Of a DNA stretch of 64,000 nucleotides, positions 11,197 through 20,227 are shown piece by piece (the first letter of the stretch is position 1; each line of letters starts with the position of its first letter). The notes under the pieces were generated by a model. That model was not told the origin of the DNA. It did no database searches and was given only the letters and a program-made list of their open reading frames with translations. Source of the stretch: an uncultured Spirochaetota bacterium (GTDB lineage Bacteria; Spirochaetota; Brevinematia; Brevinematales; JAOACQ01); assembly GCA_963783575.1 (NCBI GenBank), contig CAWAOD010000003.1, positions 276,644 to 340,643 on the forward strand. The letters are read 5' to 3'. Made by a program: the position numbers and the translations under genes.

Positions 11197-11391
11197 AATA
11201 AGCCTCCGGAAAAATTAAATTAAACTGGAAATACTCCCTGCGCTATTTTTATATTTATTATGGGCCTATAATGCTTGTGAACTAATATTTTACATTATTT
11301 TTACTGATATGTAAATTTAAATGTAATTTAAATTAAACGGTAAAGCAAGCTATGTCTGCAAAGCAGGCTAAACAAACGAAAGCTTCCGAAT

Positions 11392-11420
11392 TTGACTAAA
11401 TAACCACAATAGTATAAAAT
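11392..11420 (+). promoter_or_regulatory. Sigma70-type promoter for the tRNA pair
   Basis: TTGACT, 17-nt spacer, TAAAAT; ends 14 nt before tRNA-Gln. Confidence 0.8.
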
Positions 11421-11434
11421 ATTGATTCTTATAC

Positions 11435-11505
11435 TGGGGCGTTGTCTAATGGTAGGACGACAGACTCTGGATCTGTTTGTGAGGGTTCGACTCCTTCCGC
11501 CCCAG
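11435..11505 (+). tRNA. tRNA-Gln (CTG); CCA not encoded
   Basis: Acceptor stem TGGGGCG/CGCCCCA, anticodon arm ACAGA-CTCTGGA-TCTGT, T-loop GTTCGACTC. Confidence 0.95.
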
Positions 11506-11512
11506 AATACAA

Positions 11513-11590
11513 GGCCCCATCGTCTAGCCTGGTCTAGGACACCGCCCTCTCACGGCGGTGACTCGGGTTCAAATCCCGATGGGGCTACCA
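11513..11590 (+). tRNA. tRNA-Glu (CTC) with encoded CCA
   Basis: Acceptor stem GGCCCCA/TGGGGCT, anticodon arm CCGCC-CTCTCAC-GGCGG, GTTCAAATC, ends ACCA. Confidence 0.96.
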
Positions 11591-11915
11591 TATCAAACTT
11601 ATCAATCTTTTTGTAATTCATTGAAAATTAAAGAAGTTGAGGTGGTTTTAAATGATTCGACTTCAATATCTTTATCAAGTTTATCCTGATGGTAAATATA
11701 GTAATGATACTAATAATTCACTTACATTATTTACATTTTTATCCAAGTAGCATTATCAAGGAAATGAGAAATTGATAGTGTTAATAAATAGAATATCGTT
11801 ATTAAGCTCAAACCATAAAATTATAGGATAAAACATTTGTATATGACAGCAAAATTACATTTGATAAGAATGAAAATATAAAATAAGTTTTAAATTCTTT
11901 TTTTGGAGTTATTAT

Positions 11916-12887
11916 ATGCTGTTAAAGACATTTTTAATTATATTTTCTACCTCAATATTTCTATTGCTATCTTGTTCCTTAAACAATTTGAATCTGCGGC
12001 ATACTAATAACAAACAAAATTATACTTATAGCGAGGTTGATGCTTTAGCTGTTTCCAGCTCAGATATTTATGCCTGTGGTTTAATAAATTCGATGCCCTG
12101 TATATGGAAAAATGGCAAATTGCTTTATATGACAAACATATTTTGTTCATCGATATCAATTGCTATTTCTGAAACTAATATCTATGCGGGATTAAATGAT
12201 ATAGATTTTGGAGGTGTATGGATCAATGGCCAGACAATAAATATTTATACTAATATCTATGGATTAAATGCTTTGGCTATATCTGGAACTAATATTTATG
12301 GTATTTGTAATAACCCCTATAAGGCTGACTTGTTAATAAATGGAGCAATTTTAGAGTTAACTACAAATTATGCGGCATTTATTTCCGCATTGGTTGTAAT
12401 AGATACTAATATTTATGCGGGCTGCAATTTTTATACATTTGAAGACAGCTTTGATACATCTACATATCTCTATGTGAATGGTGTCTTTACAATGATTACA
12501 AATATTCCGTCCTGTATTAGTGCAGTTGCAATTTCAGGAACAAATATTATCATGGCCGGTTCATTTTGTAGTACATATAGTTTGTATCCGACAATGTTTG
12601 TCTGGCAGAATGGTGTGTTTACCAGTTTGACAAATATTTGTTCGGTGGCGAATTCATTAGCCGTATCCGGGACAGATGTTTATGCTGGAGGAGAAATATC
12701 TAATCAGTCCTGTGTGTGGAAAAATGGAAAAGCGGTAATAACATTCCCGTCTATACCATCCCGGTTTATGAATTCTATGGTTATTTACGGAACTGATATT
12801 TATGTTTGCGGCAGTTATTGGGATATAAATAATCAAATTGCATGTCTCTGGAAAAACGGCATCTTAATTCCAATAACAAACTCATAA
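11916..12887 (+). CDS. Lipoprotein with repeated beta-propeller-like units
   Basis: LLSC lipobox; repeats of the form .A.SGT.IYA.G.....WKNG. Confidence 0.8.
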   Translation: MLLKTFLIIFSTSIFLLLSCSLNNLNLRHTNNKQNYTYSEVDALAVSSSDIYACGLINSMPCIWKNGKLLYMTNIFCSSISIAISETNIYAGLNDIDFGGVWINGQTINIYTNIYGLNALAISGTNIYGICNNPYKADLLINGAILELTTNYAAFISALVVIDTNIYAGCNFYTFEDSFDTSTYLYVNGVFTMITNIPSCISAVAISGTNIIMAGSFCSTYSLYPTMFVWQNGVFTSLTNICSVANSLAVSGTDVYAGGEISNQSCVWKNGKAVITFPSIPSRFMNSMVIYGTDIYVCGSYWDINNQIACLWKNGILIPITNS

Positions 12888-13094
12888 TTGATGCTCACTT
12901 AACGCCAGCTAAATCAGCCCTGAAGTATTTCATTTTTTGTAAATCTTCCTAACCTATTTATAAAATCGGCTAATTTATCCCCTATATATGGGTAAAAAAG
13001 GGCTTTTAGAAAAAATTCAAATAATCAGATTATTCTTTGACAATATCTATTAAAAGTAGGAAAATAAAGAACTTATCATTTAAGGATTAATTTA

Positions 13095-15959
13095 ATGGAT
13101 ACTAACTTTGAAAAAGCCTATGATGAGGTTAGATCATTAGTCGATACCTTCAAAACCAATGAACAGCATTACCTTTCAAATGATTATCAGGAAGCGGAAG
13201 TAAGAAAAGATTTTATTGATAAGTTTTTCATTGCCCTGGGCTGGGATGTAAACCACGATGAGCAGAAAAATCCTTACCATCAGGAAGTTAAAATCGAAAA
13301 AACCCAGAGCAATCAAAAACGCCCGGATTATGCCTTTTATTTAGACCCGGATTATAAAGACCCAGTGTTATTTGTCGAGGCAAAGAAATCGGCAAGCGAC
13401 CTTGATAATCCGGACTATTATTTTCAAACCATAAAATACGGGTGGAATGCAAATACCCCTATCGCTCTATTAACGGATTTTGAGGAACTTCATATTCTGG
13501 ACTGCCGGTATAAACCGAATTTAAAACATATATTCAACGCTTCACATAAGGAATATCATTATTCACAATTTACAGATAAGGAAATATTTTCAGAAATTTA
13601 TTATCTATTTTCCCGTGAAGCAGTATCCGGAAATTCTCTTGAAGAATACGCAAAGAGTTTAGGTAAACCGTCGGGTAAAGCGATACAAAATGAATTATTC
13701 AAACTGGAAACAAAACCTATTGATGAGGATTTTCTTCTCTATATTGATTCCCTGCGTGAAACATTGGCAAAAGCCTTTAAGAAGAATGACATTGAATTAA
13801 ACAGCGGAGAACTTACCGAGGCGGTACAGAGAACAATAGACAGGCTTGTATTTATCCGTTTTCTGGAAGACAAACAAATTGAGCCGGATTATTATATCGA
13901 TAAATTTGGGGACAGCGGGAGCTCATGGAAGGATTTTATATCAGTTTGCAGAAGATTTGATGCAAAATACAACGGCGTGGTATTCAAGAAACATTTTATT
14001 GACGGTCAGAATTTCAGTGGGCCGGAATTATCGGAATTTTCAGAGATATGCAATGATATCTGCCATTTAAATTCGCCTTATGATTTTGATAAAATCCCGG
14101 TTCATATTTTAGGTTCGATTTATGAACGATTTTTAGGTAAGATAGTCCATGCTACGGATCAAAGGGTTAAGATTGAAGAAAAACCGGAAGTCAGGAAAGC
14201 CGGGGGCGTTTATTACACACCTAAATATATCATGGATTATATCGTTAAAAATACGGTAGGTCAATTGATAGAAGGAAAAACCCCGCTGGAAATATCAAAG
14301 CTCAGAATTGCGGATATCGCCTGCGGAAGCGGCTCATTTTTGATCGGGGCTTATGAATACCTGCTTGACTATCATAAACGCTATTATCATAACAATCCGG
14401 ATAAAGCTAAAAAAGACGGCTGTCTTGAAAATGACGGCAATTATGTCCTCAGCATTAAACAAAAACAGAAAATACTATTGAATAATATTTACGGCGTTGA
14501 TATCGACCCCCAGGCGGTTGAGGTCACGGAATTATCCCTTTATCTTAAAATGCTTGAGGATGAATCAACCGCAACGGCTAACGATATGCAGGTTTTATTT
14601 CATGAGAAAATATTACCCGATTTAAAAAATAGTATAATCTGCGCCAATTCGCTTATCGGGACTGATATATTAACTGAAGGTCTGTTTTCCGGCGATAAAG
14701 AACGCAAATTAAACCCAATGGATTTTAAAACAGCATTCCCGGAAGTATTTAAAAACGGTGGATTTGATGCAATAGTTGGAAACCCGCCTTTTATTCAATT
14801 ATCTGCTGATCCTGGATTGGATGAAGATGTAAAAAAATATCTTCTTCAAATTTATAAATCTTCAATGGGAAGATTAAATACTTTTGGTTTTTTTATTGCA
14901 AGAGCAATTAATATAATAAAAAGTGATTGTTTAGTTGGGTATATTGTTCCGAATACTATTCAAGATTATTATAGCGATTTAAGAAAAAATATTCTTGATA
15001 CCTGTTTGATTAACTCAATTGTAACTTTTGATAAATTACCTTTTAAAGACGCTATCGTTGAAAATGTAATATTAATTTTGAAAAAAAATAATACTGAAAA
15101 TATTAGAATTGAGAACAATGTTAATTTAATTCATTATGGTAATATCTCATTTATTACGAAAAAAAGTATTCTTCAAAAATCCTTTATTAGTAGTCCTCAT
15201 TATAGTTTTAATATTAATTTAGAGCCCAAAAAAGAGGTTTTAAAGAAAAAGTTTGAAGAAAATTCAATTCAACTTGGTTCATTATTTGAGATAAATCAAG
15301 CAATTGCATTAAAGAATGATAGAAGTAAATGGATATCAAAAACTAAGGTTAATACTAATTATAAACCATTATTAGTTGGTGGAAAAAATATTAATAGATA
15401 CGAACTTATTTGGGATGGAACATATCTAAATTATGATTTAAAAGGAATTCATAGTTGTAAAAGACAGGATATTTTTCTTACAAATGAGAAAATATATTTT
15501 AGAAGAGTTGCTAATAAATTAATTGCAACTATTGATACAGAAAAATTTTATGGCTTGCACACTTTAGTTGTGATGAATCTAAAACAAGGTAATAATGAAT
15601 ATAATATTCGTTATTTTTTAGGTATTTTAAATTCAGCACTATTTTCCTTTTATTATAGAATTGCATTCGCATCTAATAAAACTGTATTCTCAGAAGTTGG
15701 AGCACGACAAGTTCAATTATTGCACGTTCCAAAAATCAACTTCCAAATACAAAATGAGAAATCAGAACACGATAAAATGGTTCAGTTAGTTGATCAAATG
15801 TTAAATGTAAAAAAGATATTACAAGATACAAAAACCGACCGGGATAAAGACTATTATGAAAGGCGGTGTAAAGAGCTGGACAATCAAATTGACCGTCTGG
15901 TTTATGAATTGTATGGTTTGACTGAGGAAGAAATTAAGATTGTGGAAGATAAAGAGTAA
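13095..15959 (+). CDS. Type IIG/IIL (Eco57I-like) fused restriction-modification enzyme
   Basis: N-terminal PD...EAK nuclease (RPDYAF, VEAK), GVYYTP, DIACGSGSF, GNPPF amino-MTase motif, C-terminal TRD, tail IDRLVYELYGLTEEEIKIVE. Confidence 0.92.
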   Translation: MDTNFEKAYDEVRSLVDTFKTNEQHYLSNDYQEAEVRKDFIDKFFIALGWDVNHDEQKNPYHQEVKIEKTQSNQKRPDYAFYLDPDYKDPVLFVEAKKSASDLDNPDYYFQTIKYGWNANTPIALLTDFEELHILDCRYKPNLKHIFNASHKEYHYSQFTDKEIFSEIYYLFSREAVSGNSLEEYAKSLGKPSGKAIQNELFKLETKPIDEDFLLYIDSLRETLAKAFKKNDIELNSGELTEAVQRTIDRLVFIRFLEDKQIEPDYYIDKFGDSGSSWKDFISVCRRFDAKYNGVVFKKHFIDGQNFSGPELSEFSEICNDICHLNSPYDFDKIPVHILGSIYERFLGKIVHATDQRVKIEEKPEVRKAGGVYYTPKYIMDYIVKNTVGQLIEGKTPLEISKLRIADIACGSGSFLIGAYEYLLDYHKRYYHNNPDKAKKDGCLENDGNYVLSIKQKQKILLNNIYGVDIDPQAVEVTELSLYLKMLEDESTATANDMQVLFHEKILPDLKNSIICANSLIGTDILTEGLFSGDKERKLNPMDFKTAFPEVFKNGGFDAIVGNPPFIQLSADPGLDEDVKKYLLQIYKSSMGRLNTFGFFIARAINIIKSDCLVGYIVPNTIQDYYSDLRKNILDTCLINSIVTFDKLPFKDAIVENVILILKKNNTENIRIENNVNLIHYGNISFITKKSILQKSFISSPHYSFNINLEPKKEVLKKKFEENSIQLGSLFEINQAIALKNDRSKWISKTKVNTNYKPLLVGGKNINRYELIWDGTYLNYDLKGIHSCKRQDIFLTNEKIYFRRVANKLIATIDTEKFYGLHTLVVMNLKQGNNEYNIRYFLGILNSALFSFYYRIAFASNKTVFSEVGARQVQLLHVPKINFQIQNEKSEHDKMVQLVDQMLNVKKILQDTKTDRDKDYYERRCKELDNQIDRLVYELYGLTEEEIKIVEDKE

Positions 15960-16006
15960 ATGAAAGAAACGAACTATGAAAAGGAGGAAACCAAATTGAA
16001 AATTGC

Positions 16007-16035
16007 TTGACTTTTTAAATAATAATGGCGATAAT
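16007..16035 (+). promoter_or_regulatory. Sigma70-type promoter upstream of the NYN locus
   Basis: TTGACT, 17-nt spacer, GATAAT. Confidence 0.65.
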
Positions 16036-16097
16036 ATACACATATTAATATGTTATAAATATGTTTTTATCCCGGCATCGTCTTGTGCGGTGTTGGC

Positions 16098-16131
16098 CCC
16101 GGAATCGTTGTGGTTCCGGGTATTTTTTTTT
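16098..16131 (+). terminator. Intrinsic terminator-like hairpin between the promoter and the NYN gene
   Basis: CCCGGAATC-loop-GGTTCCGGG followed by a T9 tract. Confidence 0.7.
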
Positions 16132-16149
16132 ATAGGGGAAGGGAATGTT

Positions 16150-16767
16150 TTGATAAGAGTAGCTATTTTTGTTGATGGATTTAATCTTTATCATGCGATT
16201 GAAGAATTAAAAATGCCTTATCTTAAATGGATTGATTTAAGAAAATTGTCAAACGCTTTTGTTACTAAGCAAGAAAATATAGTGTTTATTAAATACTTCA
16301 CAACTCTAGCAAATTGGAAACCCGAAGGGATGATAAGGCATAAAATCTATATAAGAGCATTAGAATTAAAAGGTGTCGAAACAGTATATGGGAAATTTAA
16401 GTTAAGAGATGTGCATTGTAAAATATGTGGAAAAGATTTTAAAAAACATGAAGAAAAACAAACCGATGTTAATATAGCTATATCTTTACTAAAAACGGCT
16501 TATGAAGATCGGTATGATAAAGCAATTATTATTACAGGTGATAGTGATATGATTCCTGCAATAAAAGAAGTAAGGACAACATTCGCAAATAAAAAAGTCG
16601 GTGTTGTTATACCTTATATGAAAAGTTCTATTGAATTAATCAATAATTGTGATTTTCATATAAGAATGAAATTTTTACACCTTGAAAGGAACAGGTTTGA
16701 TGATAGAATTGAGATAAGTCCTGGAAACTTTATAGAATGTCCTGAGAAATGGAGAGTTTCTGTTTAG
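16150..16767 (+). CDS. NYN-domain (PIN-like, LabA/DUF88) ribonuclease
   Basis: FVDGFNLYH, EEKQTDVNIA, ITGDSD..P; TTG start at 16150 after a GGGGAAGGG RBS. Confidence 0.9.
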   Translation: MIRVAIFVDGFNLYHAIEELKMPYLKWIDLRKLSNAFVTKQENIVFIKYFTTLANWKPEGMIRHKIYIRALELKGVETVYGKFKLRDVHCKICGKDFKKHEEKQTDVNIAISLLKTAYEDRYDKAIIITGDSDMIPAIKEVRTTFANKKVGVVIPYMKSSIELINNCDFHIRMKFLHLERNRFDDRIEISPGNFIECPEKWRVSV

Positions 16768-17206
16768 TTTATTATATTGTTTTTAATATTATTTAAACTA
16801 TTAATCCCAGACTTTGAGCCGTAAACTCCTATCAGCCGGATCGCGGCTGCGATAACGAAGAAGATCGAAATCCAGCAGAAAATAGACGGGGTTTATGAAA
16901 AGGTGGAAGAGGGTTTGATAGAATTTTGATTTGTTTAATAAGTTATTTATTTATTCGATTTTTTGAAGAATAAATTTATTCATATCTAGGCTAAATTAAA
17001 CAGAATAATTTTATGTTTCCTTAAAGAAGATTATAGTAGTTTTTTGATAAAATTTTAATTGCCTTTTCAATCCATTCTGTACGAAGATAGTATTATTTTT
17101 CAGATTTTTTACCCAACTTGAATATTGAGAAATAAAGTCAATCGTGGATTTATTATCCGATTTTAACCTTAAAAGCTAATGCCAGATAAAAATACACCCG
17201 GTATAT

Positions 17207-18631
17207 TCAAAAATTGGTCGCTTCAATACCGTACCCGTCATCAGCGTCAACTGAGCTGTAAGTATAAGCATTCCTTTGAGATAGATCAGCTGAAATGGAA
17301 ATACAGGTAAACGACAAAGGAACTAACGTATAGGTTATATTGGTATTATTAAGAAGCCCTCCCGTAAAGTTGAAAGAAACTGTATATGGAACTGTTTTAT
17401 TCCAGTTTACACAATAAACGCTTGCATTACCGGGAGAATCTTTGTAGGCATAAATACGGATATCATTCGTTGGCTTTGAACAAAGGACCATGTTCGCAAG
17501 GGCATGATTTGAAAGCAATTTATAAATATAATATATAGGCTTGGGTGGCGAGTTAGGACGAAGGAAACCGAATATATCATCCGAGGAATAATGACCGATA
17601 TCCCATGGCATGACAGAGATAATATTCGTATAGGATGCTGATATGTCTGCGAAATCGGCGAACCATAAGCCCGCTTCGTATGTACCCAGAGATGCTTCCG
17701 CAACTGTATTCGAGATATCAGTGCCTGAAGCAACCTGGCATTCTCCGATAATGATCGGCTGTCCCTGGCCGTAAGTCGTAAAAGTGTTTGTAACAATGGC
17801 AAACATATTTTTTATAGCATCATATTGATTCGTTACAGCATCGTAGGTTGCAAGGTAATTGAACGCGTAAAACGGATAGTAGTGAATGGATACTGCGTCC
17901 ACGTACTTTCCGCAATTTTGTAAAATAGATATAAGATAATCTGAGGCTTGATAATAATCCCCAAAAAGGTCAGGAACGATTTTTAGCGATGGATATCTGC
18001 TTTTTATCGCAGCTGAAACATTGGTTAAGGTATCCAGGTAAACATTCCAATTTGTCATATCGGTGTTGGTTAAATTAATATAAAGTTCGGATTCATTACC
18101 TATTTCTACCCATGTAATCGGATAACCTTTTGTATTTATATAGTAAGAAAGTATATTTAAAGCCCTTGAAACCCTTGCGGCCGTATTTGATGAACTTAGA
18201 ATTGGTATCTGCAGCAAAGGTGTAGCCCCTATACTTGAACAGTAATAAGAAAGACTATCCATATAACTTGAGTCGAGAGTTTCCAGCGACTCCTGGTCGA
18301 GAGGCGCTCCCCCTGCGCGAAGTAATTTAATATTTAGAGGCTTGATGGCTGCCGCGGTTCCCTCGAGATCAATCTTGTCCCAGAATCCAATTCCGAAGAA
18401 AAGCGGGTTAATTGTGTTGATAACATTAGCCGGAATATTTACTGAAACAGTATTTGTAACCGGATAGTTTGGATATTTAGGATTGAAATTTCCTCCGGAT
18501 GAAGAAATAACTGGCGGATTTATTGAACATGCTGCGGTAAAATAGCCTAATGCTGCAAGCATTGTAATAACAGCCGAAAATCTTTTAATTATTAGCCTCC
18601 AACTGATAGTAAATTTTATAATTACAACCAA
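17207..18631 (-). CDS. Lipoprotein glycoside hydrolase, clan GH-A-like (GH51/79/44-like); exact start uncertain
   Basis: TAAC lipobox, LR.GG, EIGNE acid/base motif, SIHYY, IIIGE nucleophile region, C-terminal beta-sandwich. Confidence 0.75.
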   Translation of the reverse strand: MVVIIKFTISWRLIIKRFSAVITMLAALGYFTAACSINPPVISSSGGNFNPKYPNYPVTNTVSVNIPANVINTINPLFFGIGFWDKIDLEGTAAAIKPLNIKLLRAGGAPLDQESLETLDSSYMDSLSYYCSSIGATPLLQIPILSSSNTAARVSRALNILSYYINTKGYPITWVEIGNESELYINLTNTDMTNWNVYLDTLTNVSAAIKSRYPSLKIVPDLFGDYYQASDYLISILQNCGKYVDAVSIHYYPFYAFNYLATYDAVTNQYDAIKNMFAIVTNTFTTYGQGQPIIIGECQVASGTDISNTVAEASLGTYEAGLWFADFADISASYTNIISVMPWDIGHYSSDDIFGFLRPNSPPKPIYYIYKLLSNHALANMVLCSKPTNDIRIYAYKDSPGNASVYCVNWNKTVPYTVSFNFTGGLLNNTNITYTLVPLSFTCISISADLSQRNAYTYSSVDADDGYGIEATNF

Positions 18632-19025
18632 GGATAGGATATTGGTAAGTCATAAAAATTGCAAAAAAATGCTGATTTTTCTGGAAGGTAAAAGTTTTTG
18701 TTCTTCTTTAATATATGTACTTACAAAAACTTCATGGACAGTTCCATTGGATAAAAAGTGTAGTTTAAAGAAGATTTTAGAATTGCCAATATTAAATTTA
18801 AATTAATTTAGTTAAAAATAATAAAAATAATCTTGTTAATATTTAATTTAAGGAATATAATATTGGCACCTCTGAGAAATCAATCCCAAAAATTAATATG
18901 CTGCCCGGTAACAATTTAAAATTATGCCCTGATTTATTAAAACCGGCAGCAAATTTCCTTAAAAAAAAGGATGGAATAGAAGATAATATTTATCCGATAA
19001 GAAAAATACAGTCCTGGGAGAAGAT

Positions 19026-20210
19026 ATGCCTTCAAAAGAAAAAATCCTTTGCCTGGACGATTCTAAAATTATCTGCGCAATGGTTAAGAAAATGCTGGCT
19101 GAGGGAGGTTATGAAAACGTTACATTTGTTTTTAACCTTGAAGAAGCAAAAACATTATTGGAAAAAGAAAAATTCGACATTGTGCTGTTGGATTATAATA
19201 TTGAGGATAAAACCAGCGAAAATTTGCTGGATTTAATAAAGGAAAAATATCCCGGATCTATTGTGATTATGCTTAGCGGCCAGATGGATAAAAATATTGT
19301 CGTTAAACTGATGCGAAAAGCTGATGATTACATTGTTAAAGATGATGTGGAAAAGATAAAGGACGAATTACTGTATTCCCTGCGTAATTCCATCGAAATG
19401 AGGGATTTGAGAATTCAGAATATAAAACTGATGAATGAAATAAAAGACAGGAACGATCTGTTAAAAAAACAATTAACTAACGCCCAGATATTACTGAAGG
19501 AAATATTTCCCAAAAACGTCAATCCATCCGGCGCATTCAGTATAAAAGTTATGCACCGGTCATGGGAAGTTATCGGGGGGGATTTTTATCATATTGACAA
19601 GCTGAATGATAATAAAACAGGTGTTTTTATTTCCGATATAGCGGGACATGGAATTCAATCGGCACTTCTTCTTTTTACTTTGAGCAATTCTTACCGGGAA
19701 ACCATTAATGGCAATACCTCGGCAAAAGACACTTTAAAGAATTTAAACGAACAAATAATCAGGCAATTTCCGGAATCGTTGTTTGTAACTTGCTGTTATT
19801 TAATTCTGGACGAGGAGAATAAAAAAATAACTTTTTCTTCCGCTTTTGAAAATCCATTACTCTTTTTAAAAGAGGATAATGAGATAATTGAATTATCCAA
19901 TGGTAAACTTGGAATGATAGGAATAGATATGGGCGCACTCAATAACAGCAATGGTGATGTTTTTTTTGAAGAAACCGAGTTGAGTTTGAAAGTTAAAGAA
20001 AAAGTATTTTTATTTACCGACGGCATAGTTGAAACAAAGAATGATAAAAAGGAAATTTTCGGCATTGATAGAGTCAAAAAAATAATCCGGGAAAATAATG
20101 ATAAACCCATTGATATGATAATAAAGATACTTTTCCAGGCGGTATGTGCTTATTCTTCAAGCAATATCAATGATGATATAACGGTCATCGGCATTGAAAG
20201 AAAAAATTGA
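19026..20210 (+). CDS. Response regulator receiver fused to a PP2C/SpoIIE phosphatase
   Basis: LDDS and LLD receiver motifs; GGDFY, SDIAGHG, FTDGI, DDIT PP2C motifs. Confidence 0.92.
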   Translation: MPSKEKILCLDDSKIICAMVKKMLAEGGYENVTFVFNLEEAKTLLEKEKFDIVLLDYNIEDKTSENLLDLIKEKYPGSIVIMLSGQMDKNIVVKLMRKADDYIVKDDVEKIKDELLYSLRNSIEMRDLRIQNIKLMNEIKDRNDLLKKQLTNAQILLKEIFPKNVNPSGAFSIKVMHRSWEVIGGDFYHIDKLNDNKTGVFISDIAGHGIQSALLLFTLSNSYRETINGNTSAKDTLKNLNEQIIRQFPESLFVTCCYLILDEENKKITFSSAFENPLLFLKEDNEIIELSNGKLGMIGIDMGALNNSNGDVFFEETELSLKVKEKVFLFTDGIVETKNDKKEIFGIDRVKKIIRENNDKPIDMIIKILFQAVCAYSSSNINDDITVIGIERKN

Positions 20211-20227
20211 TCGCTTAAGCCTATGTT

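Noticed and set aside
11335..11390. Possible c-di-GMP riboswitch (GCAAAG, GGCTAA, GAAA words)
   Set aside because: The motif order and stems do not fit the GEMM consensus, and the sequence lies upstream of the tRNA promoter.
11422..11616. 64-aa ORF
   Set aside because: It is a translation of the two tRNA genes.
16003..16149. N-terminal extension of the NYN ORF
   Set aside because: It spans the promoter and hairpins; the RBS and NYN homology point to TTG 16150.
18898..19236. Short alternative-frame or antisense ORFs here and throughout the track
   Set aside because: They overlap well-supported genes and show no motifs or RBS, so they were treated as shadow ORFs, except where they complete a frameshifted gene.
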